Made by a program: the position numbers and the translations under genes. Under the pieces are notes generated by a model. It had not been told where the DNA came from, searched no databases, and saw only the letters and a list, made by a program, of their open reading frames with translations. This document shows, piece by piece, positions 41,471-53,968 of a stretch of DNA of 64,000 nt. Origin of the DNA: Octopus vulgaris (lineage: Eukaryota); NCBI GenBank assembly GCA_951406725.2, contig OX597826.1, forward strand, positions 41,788,001 through 41,852,000, in the 5' to 3' direction. Positions within the stretch are counted from its first letter, which is position 1, and every line of letters begins with the position of its first letter.

Positions 41471-41953
41471 CCAGCCTCGTTAACATAATTAGGATTACTT
41501 TTCATTATTGACATTTCTCTCATAATTGATGTATGTGTTTTAAGGTTACCAGCAACTAGTAATTATATTGTACTACCATCGCTAGACAGGGTGTCAGCCA
41601 AGACTTCCAAGAGACCTCATTGAATCTGTTTATCCTGCGCTGGTCACCACCTCCAGTATTTATTCCCGCAGCAAATAAAGTCTCATATTGTTGGGTAGTC
41701 GTTAACTCTAGTGAGTTCATCCACTCTATAACAAGTTTTTGTTTTTCTTCCTTTAGAGTCTCCAACAAAAGCAACCTCTTTTTATCAGACAAGTGGTTGG
41801 TAGGGTCTCCAGTTTCGTCAACGACGGCCCGACCATGAAACAGGTTGTGCTAGGTTACATGTTAACAATAGCACTAAATGTGACCTGACATATTAAAGAC
41901 TCAAGGCCCATATTAAACAAATTTATTATTATGATTATTATTATTATTATTAT

Positions 41954-42500
41954 TGAGTGAGAGAGCAGTGCATGCCATCAAAGTGACACTGGGGTAAAAT
42001 ATACGAAGCCCAGTATACCCATCATGACTACCCGTCTGATAAAGGTACACTAGGCACATGCATCACAACCAAATGCGCGCGACATGGTGATCTCATATCA
42101 AGATAAATAGCACATGACCTTGCAGGTGGAGCCCAGTTAGAATTTTCTTCTGGTCGAGTAACCCATCCCGCTCAAAAGGTCCCTGATTAAGGGTTGTTTA
42201 AGGATGTTGAACGAAACACCCCTGTTTCCAAAGGTGAATTATTCAACCCCTAAAGAATCCCTCTCAACACATGGCTATGATGCTCCCCCACTACTTCTGC
42301 TCGTGATCAGAGATGCACATATCGTCAGCCACTAAGGGACATGCTCAACTGGTTAAGGTCAAACAACTGACAAGCAAATCTGTGGTATTGAGCAGAATAT
42401 TTGCTGTAGCCCATCTTTTATACCAAGACAAAACAATGTACATGATAACATTTCCAATCAGTTAAGATCAGAAGCCATGAGAGCCACTGCCTGGTACTGC
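41954..42500. mobile_element. Non-coding element of about 550 bp inserted in (ATT)n
   Basis: Complex, GC-balanced block with sharp borders to (ATT)n on both sides. No ORF, TIR or tRNA head was recognised. Confidence 0.65.
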
Positions 42501-42614
<114 letters not shown>

Positions 42615-42854
42615 GATGAGTTGGACTGAGAGAAATATGAAATTGTCAAACACCTCAGTTCAAATACCGCCGAGACCAACGTCCACACGCAGAACTTCGG
42701 GATCTATATATTAAGTGATCGATCAACGTCTTCGTGTAAAATCAATCGGCTTCACAATTCGTCTCCGAATCTGTGCTTTATGTCACTCGAACAAATTACC
42801 ATTATTATTGCACTTCAGGGGCGCTGCTGCCGCTGCCGCCGCTGCCGCCGCTGT

Positions 42855-42913
<59 letters not shown>

Positions 42914-43404
42914 TAATGTTGATGCTATAAAAATTGTTTGTTAAGCAGACGAACTAATATCAATTAGAACAGGTCCGTTCTGACGTGAAATCGATGGATG
43001 CGTCTCCTAGATTAGGGCCTAATACTTCCGCCTCATTTATTATTCATATCTTTCGTGGGGACATGGCACTATTAATGTCTCTCTCTCTCTCTCTTTCCTT
43101 AATTTCTCTCTCTATATCTCACCTTCTCACGCTCTTCTCGCTTCTCTCCAGTCTTTCTTCCTTAATTTCGTTTAGTTCTTCAACACTTTTAGGTAAAAAA
43201 AATAGACAGCGAACCAACACGAGCGCGGATATATAAATATGAAATATGTATGCATATATTCTGTCTGTGTCTGTCAGTCTATTTGCCTGTTTGTCTGTTT
43301 GTCTGGTTGTATGTATATATCTAGTTTGTATGTATGCTTGTACGCATATATGTATGTGTGTATGAATGAATGCATACATGTATCTATATGCGTTTGTGCA
43401 TGAA

Positions 43405-43570
43405 GCCCAGTTACAACTACAGCCGGCTATTACCGGTAAAGGTTTTAGTTGCCAATTCTGTACAAGACATTGTAGGTCTTTGGCTGGGCTAAAAAGTCAC
43501 ATTCGATCACAGCACCAGTAACAGTTTAGCTTTGTGCAATGGCCATACTCGATAACGAGGGGGCAGCCAT
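43405..43570 (+). mobile_element. RTE LINE extreme 3' end (C2H2 finger)
   Basis: GFSCQFCTRHCRSLAGLKSHIRSQH*, followed by a tail catactcgataacgag similar to that near 5620-5645. Confidence 0.75.
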
Positions 43571-44280
43571 AATTATATGAAGTACGTTTGATCAGTAAGT
43601 TTGGTCTATAACTCCAGCATTGTACCCCTAAGAGAATGAGCTACGAGAAATTTCTCAGAGAAGTCTGTGGCATTTTTCTTTTAACAACAAAGACTAATAG
43701 GGGTATATCAAATAACATGCTAGACAAGTTCTTCATCTATTCAAATTATCACCTCTTCCAAGAAGGATAAATCGATCGCTTGGTACCAACTCAAAACGAT
43801 AAGAGGATATGATTTCAAGAATCAAGAACCCACCCCACCCCAAATCGATATGTCATTAAGGAGAAAATAGTCTAATATGTGAAGCCAAGACATGTGTTCC
43901 TGTCTCAATAGGCATCACCAGCACAGCAATAGCTCTACATTATCTTCTGTAGACATGACCCTTTACATATGTATAAAAAAAACCCTATTATCTGTGTAAT
44001 TTACTATAATGCCTCTACTCTTTTATTTTTACTTAATATATTCAGGACTATATTCTTCAACATGTTTTTACGTTTATAAAACAGCAGAGAAATTTCGCTG
44101 CCTCTTCTAGAAGATGGAGCAACCACGTAGACGCCATCTCGTAAAGACGGACGAAATGCTACTAAGAATTTTGCTCGGTGTGCTTACGATTCTGCCGGCT
44201 CGCCGCCTGAAGTAACAAAATATTCCCGACTATCACAGAGAAAAAGCTCAGTTTATTGTGAAAGAGCTGTATATGAAATA

Positions 44281-44325
<45 letters not shown>

Positions 44326-44657
44326 TACACACACAAGGGTTTCCACGTACTTTCCGTCTAATAAAACCACATCGGTTAGCCCGGGGCTCATGACACTTGC
44401 TCATGATAACGCGTAGTGAGACCGAACCTGAAACCACGTGAATGAGAAGCGAAGTTCTCAACAAACTTATTGTTTATAAGTGAATCTAGTCGAAATAACT
44501 AAATTTTAATTAGTAAAATAATTTTGTCATTACACATTGTCTACATGGAATTAAGTTTACCTGGGATGAGAATTTTTCTATCCACGAATCATCATTAAAT
44601 ATTTAAGTATTTTTCACCTTATAGAATAGTAATTCAGACTGGCATACACCAGTTTTA

Positions 44658-45041
44658 GTGGAGACGCAATGGCCAAGTGGTTAGGGCAGCGGACTCGCAG
44701 TCATAAGATCGCGGTTTCGATTCCCAGACCGGGCGTTGTGAGTGTTTATTGAGCGAAAACACCTAAAGCTCCACGAGGCTCCGGCAGGGGATGGTGGTGA
44801 TCCCTGCTGTACTCTTTCACCACAACTTTCTCTCACACTTACTTCCTGTTTCTGTTGTACCTGTATTTCAAAGGGCCGGCCTTGTCACTCTCTGTGTCAC
44901 GCTGAATATCCCCGAGAACTACGTTAAGGGTGCACGTGTCTGTGGAGTGCTCAGCCACTTACACGTTAATTTCACGAGCAGGCTGTTCCGTTGATTCGGA
45001 TCACCCGGAACCCTCGTCGTCGTAACCGACGGAGTGCTTCC
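44658..45041 (+). mobile_element. SINE family A, full length
   Basis: TSD acaccagtttta at 44646-44657 and 45042-45053. Confidence 0.95.
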
Positions 45042-45949
45042 ACACCAGTTTTAAAAACCTAATTCACCTACACTACTGATTTATTTTAAATCTATTTTAA
45101 AACTGAGAATTTAATTATTTTTATACCAAAATTTTTGATTTAAAATACGCTCTATGTAAAATAAAAAAAATCCTCAGTTTTAATACATTATGAAAACACT
45201 TGTAGATGTTTTTAAAAGGAACTTTAAAGACAAGTGGCTGTTTCGTTTTTCTCTATAATTTACAACTATTAATGAAGCCTTCATTTTGTGGAGACACTGC
45301 CTAACTTCGTAGCAATTTATAACGTTTTAAACATCTTTCCCAGTCTCAAAATTTTGTGTTGCCACCTTCTTTAAATAATTATGGCAACAGAACCTTTTGT
45401 AATTAATAATAAATAATTTACGATCAATTTACTAATTGAATTTGTCATACCTAGAAACATGCCCTTTACAACCGACTCTTAGAAAACATTTCGCCATAAC
45501 ATGCAAGTGAGTGATCCAGGTTCGAATATTGAGGGTTGAACATTGCTGTAACTAGTTGCAACTGTTGTCATGTAGCATTGAATTATTACTTAATCCTGAT
45601 TATAAAGAAAACAGAAAACTTGTAGAATCATTAACACGCTGAACAACCTGCTTAGTGACATTTATTCTGGCTTTTTACGTTCTGAGTTCAAATTGACTTT
45701 ACATCCTTTCGAAGTTGTAGTCTAGTATTAGGGTCCACGTATTTGACTATGCCTTTCCCCTAAAATTGCTGGCAATGTGACTAAATCGCAAACCACAAGT
45801 ATTATAGTTTAAATTTATTATTGTTATTATAGTGTGGGTATATTTTTCTTCGGTTCATGCGTCGAGGAGGTGAATTTGTATTATTTTATTAATTGTCCCA
45901 CTTTGAAGAAATAAAACTTTGATCCAGGATTTAAGTTTTTAAGAGGAGG

Positions 45950-46700
45950 TAGGCTGAGCCCATTTGGCGCAAAAGGAACGAAGAGAGAAGATTAATTCCT
46001 GTTCACGGTGAAGGCGGGAGTTCGGGCGGCCCTGTGCAGAGACAGTTCGAACACAGACAGATGTTGTAGCGAATCCCGGAGGTGCTCCGCGAACCGGTCA
46101 GCCAAAGTTTGAGCAATGTACAGGGAAGGACAGAGAAAGCAGGACATGCAATAAATGACGTTATAAGAAATGCAAGTAACGGAGTCGGTGACTTGATAGG
46201 GACAGTGATGGATGCCTGTGAGGATGATGATGCTGGAGATGTAGGGGTAGGTGTGACACCGTGGACGGGAGCAGGGGGAGGAGCCCAGCTGAGAGCCGGG
46301 GGTAGGGAAGAAACTGTGAATCAGGAGGTCACGCAGGTTATGGGCTCTTTTGAAGGAGGGAAGGGGTAGGAGGTTAGGGACGATTTGCAAGGTGTAGGAG
46401 TCGGACTGGAGTCGTCGGAAGGCTCTGAGAATGGTGCGTTGGAGGGGTAGGGTGGAGGGGAACACGAAAGGGTAAGGGTGGGTGGGTAAGAGGAGAAAGA
46501 GCAGAGGCTCGGTCCACAGATCGTGCTCGGGCAAGGGCAGTGTGGTGAATGGTGAGGGGATATCCGAGTAGGATGAAGTGGCGAGCCATGAGTTGAGTCA
46601 TGGTCGTCACTGCAGAGCCTGCGTAGACGGAGGAATTGGGAGTAGAGGATGGAGAGCTTGGTGTTGGTTGGGTGGGAGGAGGAGAAGTTAATGTAGAAGT
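45950..46700 (-). mobile_element. Penelope-like element (Neptune-type) RT thumb, linker and GIY-YIG remnant
   Basis: FLRLRRLCSD, MARHFILLGYP, SFKRAHNLRDLLIHS, PCSRPRCHT, TCISYNVIYCMSCFLCPSLYIAQT..RFAEHLRD, REQELIF. Confidence 0.92.
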
Positions 46701-46714
46701 GTGTAGTGCTTTCT

Positions 46715-47090
46715 GCTACAGGTACAAGGCCTGGAATTTTAGGGGAGGGGACCTGTTGATTATATCGAGACCAGCGCGTAACTGGTACTTACTTTATCGA
46801 CTCCGAAAGGATGAAAGACAAAGTCCATCTCAGAAAGTGAAGAGAGACGAAATACCTATTTCTTTACTACACACAAGGCGCTAAACACAGAGGGGACAAA
46901 CACGTACAGACAAACGGATTAAGTCGATTATATCGACCCCAGTGAGTAACTGGTACTTATTTTAATCGACCCCGAAAGGATGGAAGGCAAAGTCGACCTC
47001 GGCGGAATTTGAACTCAGAACGTAGCGGCAGACGAAGTACCGCGAAGCATTTCGCCCGATGTGCTAACGTTTCTGCCAGCTCGCCGCCTT
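46715..47090 (-). mobile_element. Family B SINE dimer
   Basis: Full unit about 46856-47090 plus a second partial unit at 46715-46855. Confidence 0.9.
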
Positions 47091-47091
47091 C

Positions 47092-47250
47092 TAATATAAT
47101 ATAATATAACATTAATATAATATAATATAATATAATATAATATAATATAATATAATATAATATAATATAATATAATATAATATAATATAATATAATATAA
47201 TATAACATTAATATAATATAATATAATATAATATAATATAATATAGTATA
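47092..47250. repeat. (AATAT)n pentanucleotide microsatellite
   Basis: Direct reading of the sequence. Confidence 0.95.
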
Positions 47251-47739
47251 ATATGATACGATAATATATTAATATATAAGATAGTAATATCGTAGAATAC
47301 ACACACACGTCATTATGCACCAAATGTGTTTTGTTCAACAAGCAAGAAAATGAGGTGAGGGACTTGACTTGACGATATACACAGAAATAGTGATAATTTA
47401 GTCCATTACTCTTGTTAATCCCAGTTAATGCCAGCAAAATTCATATATACACACACTCATAGACACATACACATACGCGCGCATGCACACGCACATACTC
47501 AGGAAAGAGACAGAAAGAAAAAAGAGAACATTTATGATCGAAGGCAAGTATAAGAAAGAATGGCAATTTTGAAGTTAAATAGACGTCTAGAGAAATCGAT
47601 AGATATAAATCGGTAGATAGGAAAATTGTTAGAGCCGTAGGTTGGTTGACGTAGAGATAACTCTATAGGCAAATAGATAACTAGACCGCTAGACAAATAT
47701 ATTGATTGAAAGATGGACATGTAGGTAGATAGATAAATA

Positions 47740-47787
<48 letters not shown>

Positions 47788-47829
47788 AATCCAAACGGGA
47801 AACAAAAAAACAACAACAAGGGAACAATT

Positions 47830-50389
47830 ACAGTATTATTATTAATAGGCGCTCAGGAAATGGAAGCAGGGAGGTATGACGTTTCGAGCGGAGCTCTTCG
47901 TCGGAAACATAAAGAAGGAAGAGAGAGGAAAGAAAGATCCCGGAGCGGGCAACGGAGATAGAGAAAAAAACGGCTGGTGTTAGCAGAAGCACATGGTGAA
48001 AGGCGGATGTTTACGATAACAAGAGCAAAGTGGGTTTTTAAAGGCAAAAGAGTGGAGACAAGGTTGGTAACGCAACAGATGTGTGTGTATGTGTGAGTGT
48101 GTGCGTGTGCGTGTGTGTATGTGTGTGTGTGAGGCGAGGTAAAAAAACAAAAAATATATGTATGTGTTAGTGTGTGCGTCTGTGTGTAGGCGTGTGAGGT
48201 AGGGCGAGACGGTGGTCAGCATAGCAGCAGCATAGCAGACAAAGGTCAGTAGTGAGAAAAGGGAGGAAGGAGGAAGGGAGGGAGGGGAAGGGGTGGGGGC
48301 GTATGTAGCGTGCCAGCGTGTGTTGAGTAGTAGTGTGTGTGTGTGTCCAGTGTCGTGGTAGTATTAGTGGCGAGTAGATTGAATGTGTGTAAGAGTGATG
48401 TATATGTTTAAGCAATGTGTGTATATGTGTGCGCGTGTGTGTAACGAAAAAAAGGGGGGGGGGGGTTTAGGAAAAGGACTCCAGCGGAGGGGAAGATGGA
48501 GGAGTGGTCCCGCGGAGACGGGCGTGGGAAAACCCAACGACAAGCGACATCCCAGGAACGGGCGGGAGGTCTCGTCGGATCCAAGGGCGAGGTGCATGCG
48601 GGCGCATGCGTGCGCGAACCGGCGCAAACGCGTGTGTGCGCGAGCCTGCGAGTATGCGCGTACGTATGTGTGCGTGTGGATGTGTGAGTGTGTCTGTGTG
48701 TATGTCTGGGTGGCAGTGTGTCCGATGAATGTATGTGAGTATGTGTGTATATATGTGTGTGCATAGATGTATGTCCGTGTGTGTGTGTGTGTGTGTATGT
48801 GTGTATGAGTGTGTATGTATGTACGTGTGGGTGTGGGGAAGTGTGTGTATGTGCATGTGTGTGCGCGAACATACAGGTGTGTGAGTGAGTGCGTGTGTGT
48901 GTATGTATGTGTGAGTGTGTATGTATGTGTGTGTAGGATGCATGTATGTGTATGGGTGTATGTATGCGTGTGTGTATGTATGTATGTGTACGTGCGTGTG
49001 TGTGTGTGTATGCGTGTAGGTGTGCGCGTGTGCATGCGTGCATGTATGTGCGTATGTGTGTGTGTGTGCATGTGTGTGGGTATATATGTGTGTGCGTATA
49101 TGTGTGTGTATGTGCGTACATGTGTGTGTGTGTGCATGTGTGTGTGTAGGTGTGTAGGCGTGTGTGTATAGGTGTATGTATGTAAGTATGTATGGGTGTG
49201 TCCGTGTATGTGTGTATGTATGTGTGTGTATGTAGCTGTGTGGGCGTGTGTATATGTGTGTGTATGTAGGTGTGTAGGCGTGTGTATATAGGTGTATGTA
49301 TGTATGTCTGGGTGTGTCCGTGCATGTTTGTGTGTGTGTGTGTGTGCATGTGTATGTAGGTGTGTGTGTACGTGTGTAATGTATGTGTGTATGCGTGTAG
49401 GTGTGTGTGTAGGTGTGTGTGTGCGTGTGCGTGTTTATGTTGGTGTGTGCGTATGTGAGTGTGAGTGTATGAGTGTTTGTCATGCATGTGTGTGCGCGTG
49501 CAGGTGAGTGTGTGTGTAAGTATGTGTGTGTGTATGTTTGTGTGAGTGTGTATGTGTGTATGTCTGTGTGTATGTATGTGCGTATAGGAGTATGTAGGTA
49601 TGTGTGTGTGTATGTATATGGGTGTATGTATGTGTGTGTGTGTGCATGTGTATAAGTATATGCGTGTGTGCGTATGTGTGTGTATGTGTATGTGTGTGTG
49701 TTTATGTATGTGTGTATGTATGTGTGTAGGCGTGAGTGTGTAGATGTATCTATGTATGGGTGTGTGTCAGTGTGTGTTTGTGTGTGTGTAGGTAGATGTG
49801 TGTGTCTGAGTGAGGGTATGGCTGTGTAGGTGTGTGTGTGTATGAATGTAAGTGTGTGCGTATACAAGTGTAATGTATGTATGTGGGTGTGTGTGTGTGT
49901 GTATGTGTACGTGTGCGTGTGTATGTGTGTGTGTGTATGCGTGTGAGTGTGGGTGTATGGGTGTATGTCTGTGTGTGTGTATGTCTGAAGTGGGTATGTG
50001 TGTGTATGTATGTATGTGTGTGTGTGTGCGGGTATGTGTGTGTGTGTATGTGTGTGTGTGAGTAGGTGTGCGTGTATGTATGTGGGTAGGGATGCATGCG
50101 AGTGTGTGGGTATGTATGCAAACATACGCAAGCGCACATCCGAAGCAAGCCCACACACACGAAGCGCGCTCACGCACACAACGCACAAGCAGTGCAACGC
50201 AAGCCCAAAGGGGCCGACCGAGCCCCCAGCGCGCGCCAAGGCGCGCGAGCGCAAAGGCCCTCGAACGCCCCGCTACGCGGGAACCGAGGATCCATCAGCC
50301 AAAACCGGAAAGCAGAAAAGAGGGGGGCTGCCTGGATGCAAAAAGGTGTATGTGTGTGTGCATTCAGTGTTCGGGTGTGCATGTGTGGG

Positions 50390-50390
<1 letters not shown>
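47830..50390 (-). mobile_element. PLE pseudo-LTR-like region with about 1.5 kb of degenerate (GT/GTAT) repeat and two GC-shifted patches
   Basis: 47830-47960 is homologous to 52745-52860 and carries an HHR-like motif. The extent beyond 48400 is inferred. Confidence 0.55.
47874..47908 (-). ncRNA. Minimal type I hammerhead-like motif with CCGACGA core (family H3)
   Basis: gttt-CCGACGA-a-gagc-tcc-gctc-GAAA-cg-TC-atac. Confidence 0.7.
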
Positions 50391-50450
<60 letters not shown>

Positions 50451-50525
50451 ATAGCTGGATAGATAGATAGAGAGATAGAGAGATAGATAGACAGACAGAC
50501 AGACAGATAGATAGATAGATAGATT

Positions 50526-50588
<63 letters not shown>

Positions 50589-50589
50589 G

Positions 50590-50644
<55 letters not shown>

Positions 50645-50650
50645 TGGATG
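50391..50650. repeat. (TA)n/(GA)n/(GATA)n microsatellites
   Basis: Direct reading of the sequence. Confidence 0.95.
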
Positions 50651-50971
50651 GATATGGAGAGAGACAGATACATTAGTTAATATGGACACAAGTTCAGTGA
50701 GTTATATTAATTTGGCAGGAGGAGAAATGAAAACATTGACAAATTAAGTCACCTTCACAGATATTACACTGGCTGATAAGTGCTGTGTACAAAGTAAACA
50801 AACAATTGGCTTCCCAGTTTGGTTACTGATTCTGTCTTCTTTTTCCCATTTATTTATTTGTTGTTGTTGTTGTTGTTAGCCAAGTCTCTTGGCTTTTGTG
50901 GCGAACCACCACTTTTCCCGGGATGCTGTCCTTTCTTTCGTTTTCTCTCTTTTCCTTCCTCCCTCCCTCTC

Positions 50972-51022
<51 letters not shown>

Positions 51023-51454
51023 ACCTGTCCGTTACTGAGATTGATGTCTGTTTACCTGGCCACGTTTGAAGTAGATTTACAGTCCATTAAGTCATTAGCA
51101 GGGAGGAATTAGGCGAAAAAGGAAACAACAACAACATTAACAACAACAACAAACACACACACACAAACATTAACAAAAGTAAAAATAAAATAAAACAAAC
51201 TATAAAGCAATGCAACACAAAACACAGTGACTACTACTACTACTACTACTTGTACACAACAATCTATGACAAACAAAAAGTAACGGAAACAAATGCTGCA
51301 TCAATAACAACAATACACCATCATTGTCATTGTCATCATCGTCATCATCAACAACAGTCATCAAATTAATACGGAGAGCAAACATACACGAAGACACCCA
51401 GGAAGAAGACAACGGATACATATATGCATTAATGGATCTCACAGCAATCCTAAT

Positions 51455-51456
51455 AC

Positions 51457-51524
<68 letters not shown>

Positions 51525-51677
51525 GTAATAATAATAATAGTAATAATAATAATAATAATAATAGTAATAGTAATAATAATAATAATAGTAATAGTAATAA
51601 TAATAATAATAGTAATAATAATAATAATAATAATAGTAATAGTAATAATAATAATAATAATAATAGTAATAATAATA

Positions 51678-51713
<36 letters not shown>

Positions 51714-51734
51714 GTAATAATAATAATAATAATA

Positions 51735-51765
<31 letters not shown>

Positions 51766-51786
51766 TAGTAATAGTAATAATAATAA
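51455..51786. repeat. (AAT)n with interspersed AGT
   Basis: Direct reading of the sequence. Confidence 0.95.
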
Positions 51787-51869
51787 ACAAATATTAAAAA
51801 TAGATCGAATTACATTAATCATCACCTGATTATATTTTATTTCTATCTATATTTTATTTCTATCTATCC

Positions 51870-51969
<100 letters not shown>

Positions 51970-52646
51970 GAGAGAGAGAGAGAGAGAGAGAGAGAGCACT
52001 TTGCTCTCATGTGTATATTTCCTCCCTGCCTGAGGTTACCGTGGTCTTTTCTGTAGGCTTTTTCTTCCCATATAAAATCTTGTTTGTTACTTTGAAAAAA
52101 TAATTTTTTATTTCTGTGATACACGATCCCTTTTAATCGTTCTTTTTTCCCCCCTATACTTTTTGATCGAAATTTTACATTTGTTTCCTTTTTTTTTCTT
52201 CTTTTTTATTTTCCATCTTCGAAAAGAAAAGCTATACATTTGTAATTGTCCCCTCTGTGTCCAGCCCTGTGTGGCTAATAAAGAAAGTTATCTATCTATC
52301 TATTTGTCTCTCTCTCTCTCTCTCTCTCTCTCTCCCCCCCCTCTCTCTCTCTCTCTCACACTCTATCTATCTATCTATTTATCTATCTATATGACTGTCT
52401 GTCTATCATTATCTTCATCAGTATCATCACCAACATCATTTCGGGTCAGTTCAATATATATGTTTTGTAATTAACTGGGACAGAAGAAAAGAGAGAGTGA
52501 AAAGAGAGGGATTGGGAGAGAAGAAATGATGACGGTGGAAAGAGAGACCTTAGGTGCGAGAGAGAAAGAAGGATGAGTGAAAGATATAGAAGACTATACA
52601 CGCGTGCATGCGTCTATCTACCTGTTTTTTAATCTATCTATCTATC

Positions 52647-52696
<50 letters not shown>

Positions 52697-52788
52697 TAAT
52701 CCAAACAAGAAAACAAAAAGACAACAACGCAAGGACGTGGAACAAATAAAGTATTATTAGACGCTCAGGAAAGAAGGGAAGAAGGAGG

Positions 52789-52823
52789 GTTTGACGTTTC
52801 GAGCGGAGCTCTTCGTCGGAAAC
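52789..52823 (-). ncRNA. Minimal type I hammerhead-like motif with CCGACGA core (family H3), in a short pLTR fragment (52690-52865) inside (TA)n
   Basis: gttt-CCGACGA-a-gagc-tcc-gctc-GAAA-cg-TC-aaac. Stem I gttt/aaac is perfect. Confidence 0.75.
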
Positions 52824-52870
52824 ATAGGAGAAGGAAAGGTCCCGAGAAGGGAAGGCAGAGGAAAAATATA

Positions 52871-52931
<61 letters not shown>

Positions 52932-53038
52932 CCTTCGTTTGTAATATATTTGTAATATTCTGCCGATTAAAAAATAAGTTATGTATATACTCTCATGTAT
53001 TGTCTTCTGTTTCTCCTGAAAGCTCTCTCTCTTTCTCT

Positions 53039-53080
<42 letters not shown>

Positions 53081-53099
53081 GTGTGCGTGTTTGTGTGTT

Positions 53100-53130
<31 letters not shown>

Positions 53131-53584
53131 GTATATATGTGTGCGCGCGCGCGTGTGTGTGTGTGTGGTTGTATAATATCAACTCTAGTACTTGACGGGG
53201 ATGTTTTCAATCTCAAGCACAGATCCGGGTACTGGTTGAATGTGTCACGTAAAACAGAGTTTCCTCGGCGTTTTTGACAGAAGTTTGTATTTTAGAAGTT
53301 ATTTCGTATTAAAGTTGGCGTATTTGGGTAATTTTTAACCAGTCAATGACGTGTATTCAACTGAAGAAAGTTACTGCTGCTGTTTGCGAACAACTACTTC
53401 CGGGTCCATTGACAAAACGAGGAATCTTCGACAGCAGTAAAAATTTAAACTGAAAATCTTCCCTAACAAAACCCTTCCTTTATAACTAGAGATGTTTTTA
53501 TAGTAGCATATATGAGAATGTGTCCATCTATCTGTCTGTCTGTCTGTCTATCTATATATCTATCTACCTACCTATATCTATCTC

Positions 53585-53678
<94 letters not shown>

Positions 53679-53688
53679 CATACATACA

Positions 53689-53720
<32 letters not shown>

Positions 53721-53932
53721 CACACACATTAATAATAGGCAGAAGTTACAGAGTGACAATGGCCAAATTCGTGTTTGATAAGTGCCAATACACGAAACTC
53801 TCAGCTTTTGACTTACTCTCTAACTTCTGCCGATGATATGTATACATGTTACATATATGTGTAAAAAAAATCTCATCACGCAATCGAACCAATGAAGGAG
53901 CCTCTATCTGGTCACCCGACACGCTAAAAATA

Positions 53933-53968
<36 letters not shown>

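Noticed and set aside
48364-50254. Long ORFs of 257-595 aa (His/Thr/Tyr-rich)
   Set aside because: They are translations of degenerate (CA/TA) repeat that lacks stops by composition, not genes.
51200-51825. Poly-I/poly-L ORFs, and the many YI/HT/VC/LSIY ORFs elsewhere
   Set aside because: Microsatellite translations.
53218-53490. Probable interspersed repeat ending in ccctaac-like units
   Set aside because: Single copy in the window with no TIR or TSD found, so its class cannot be supported.
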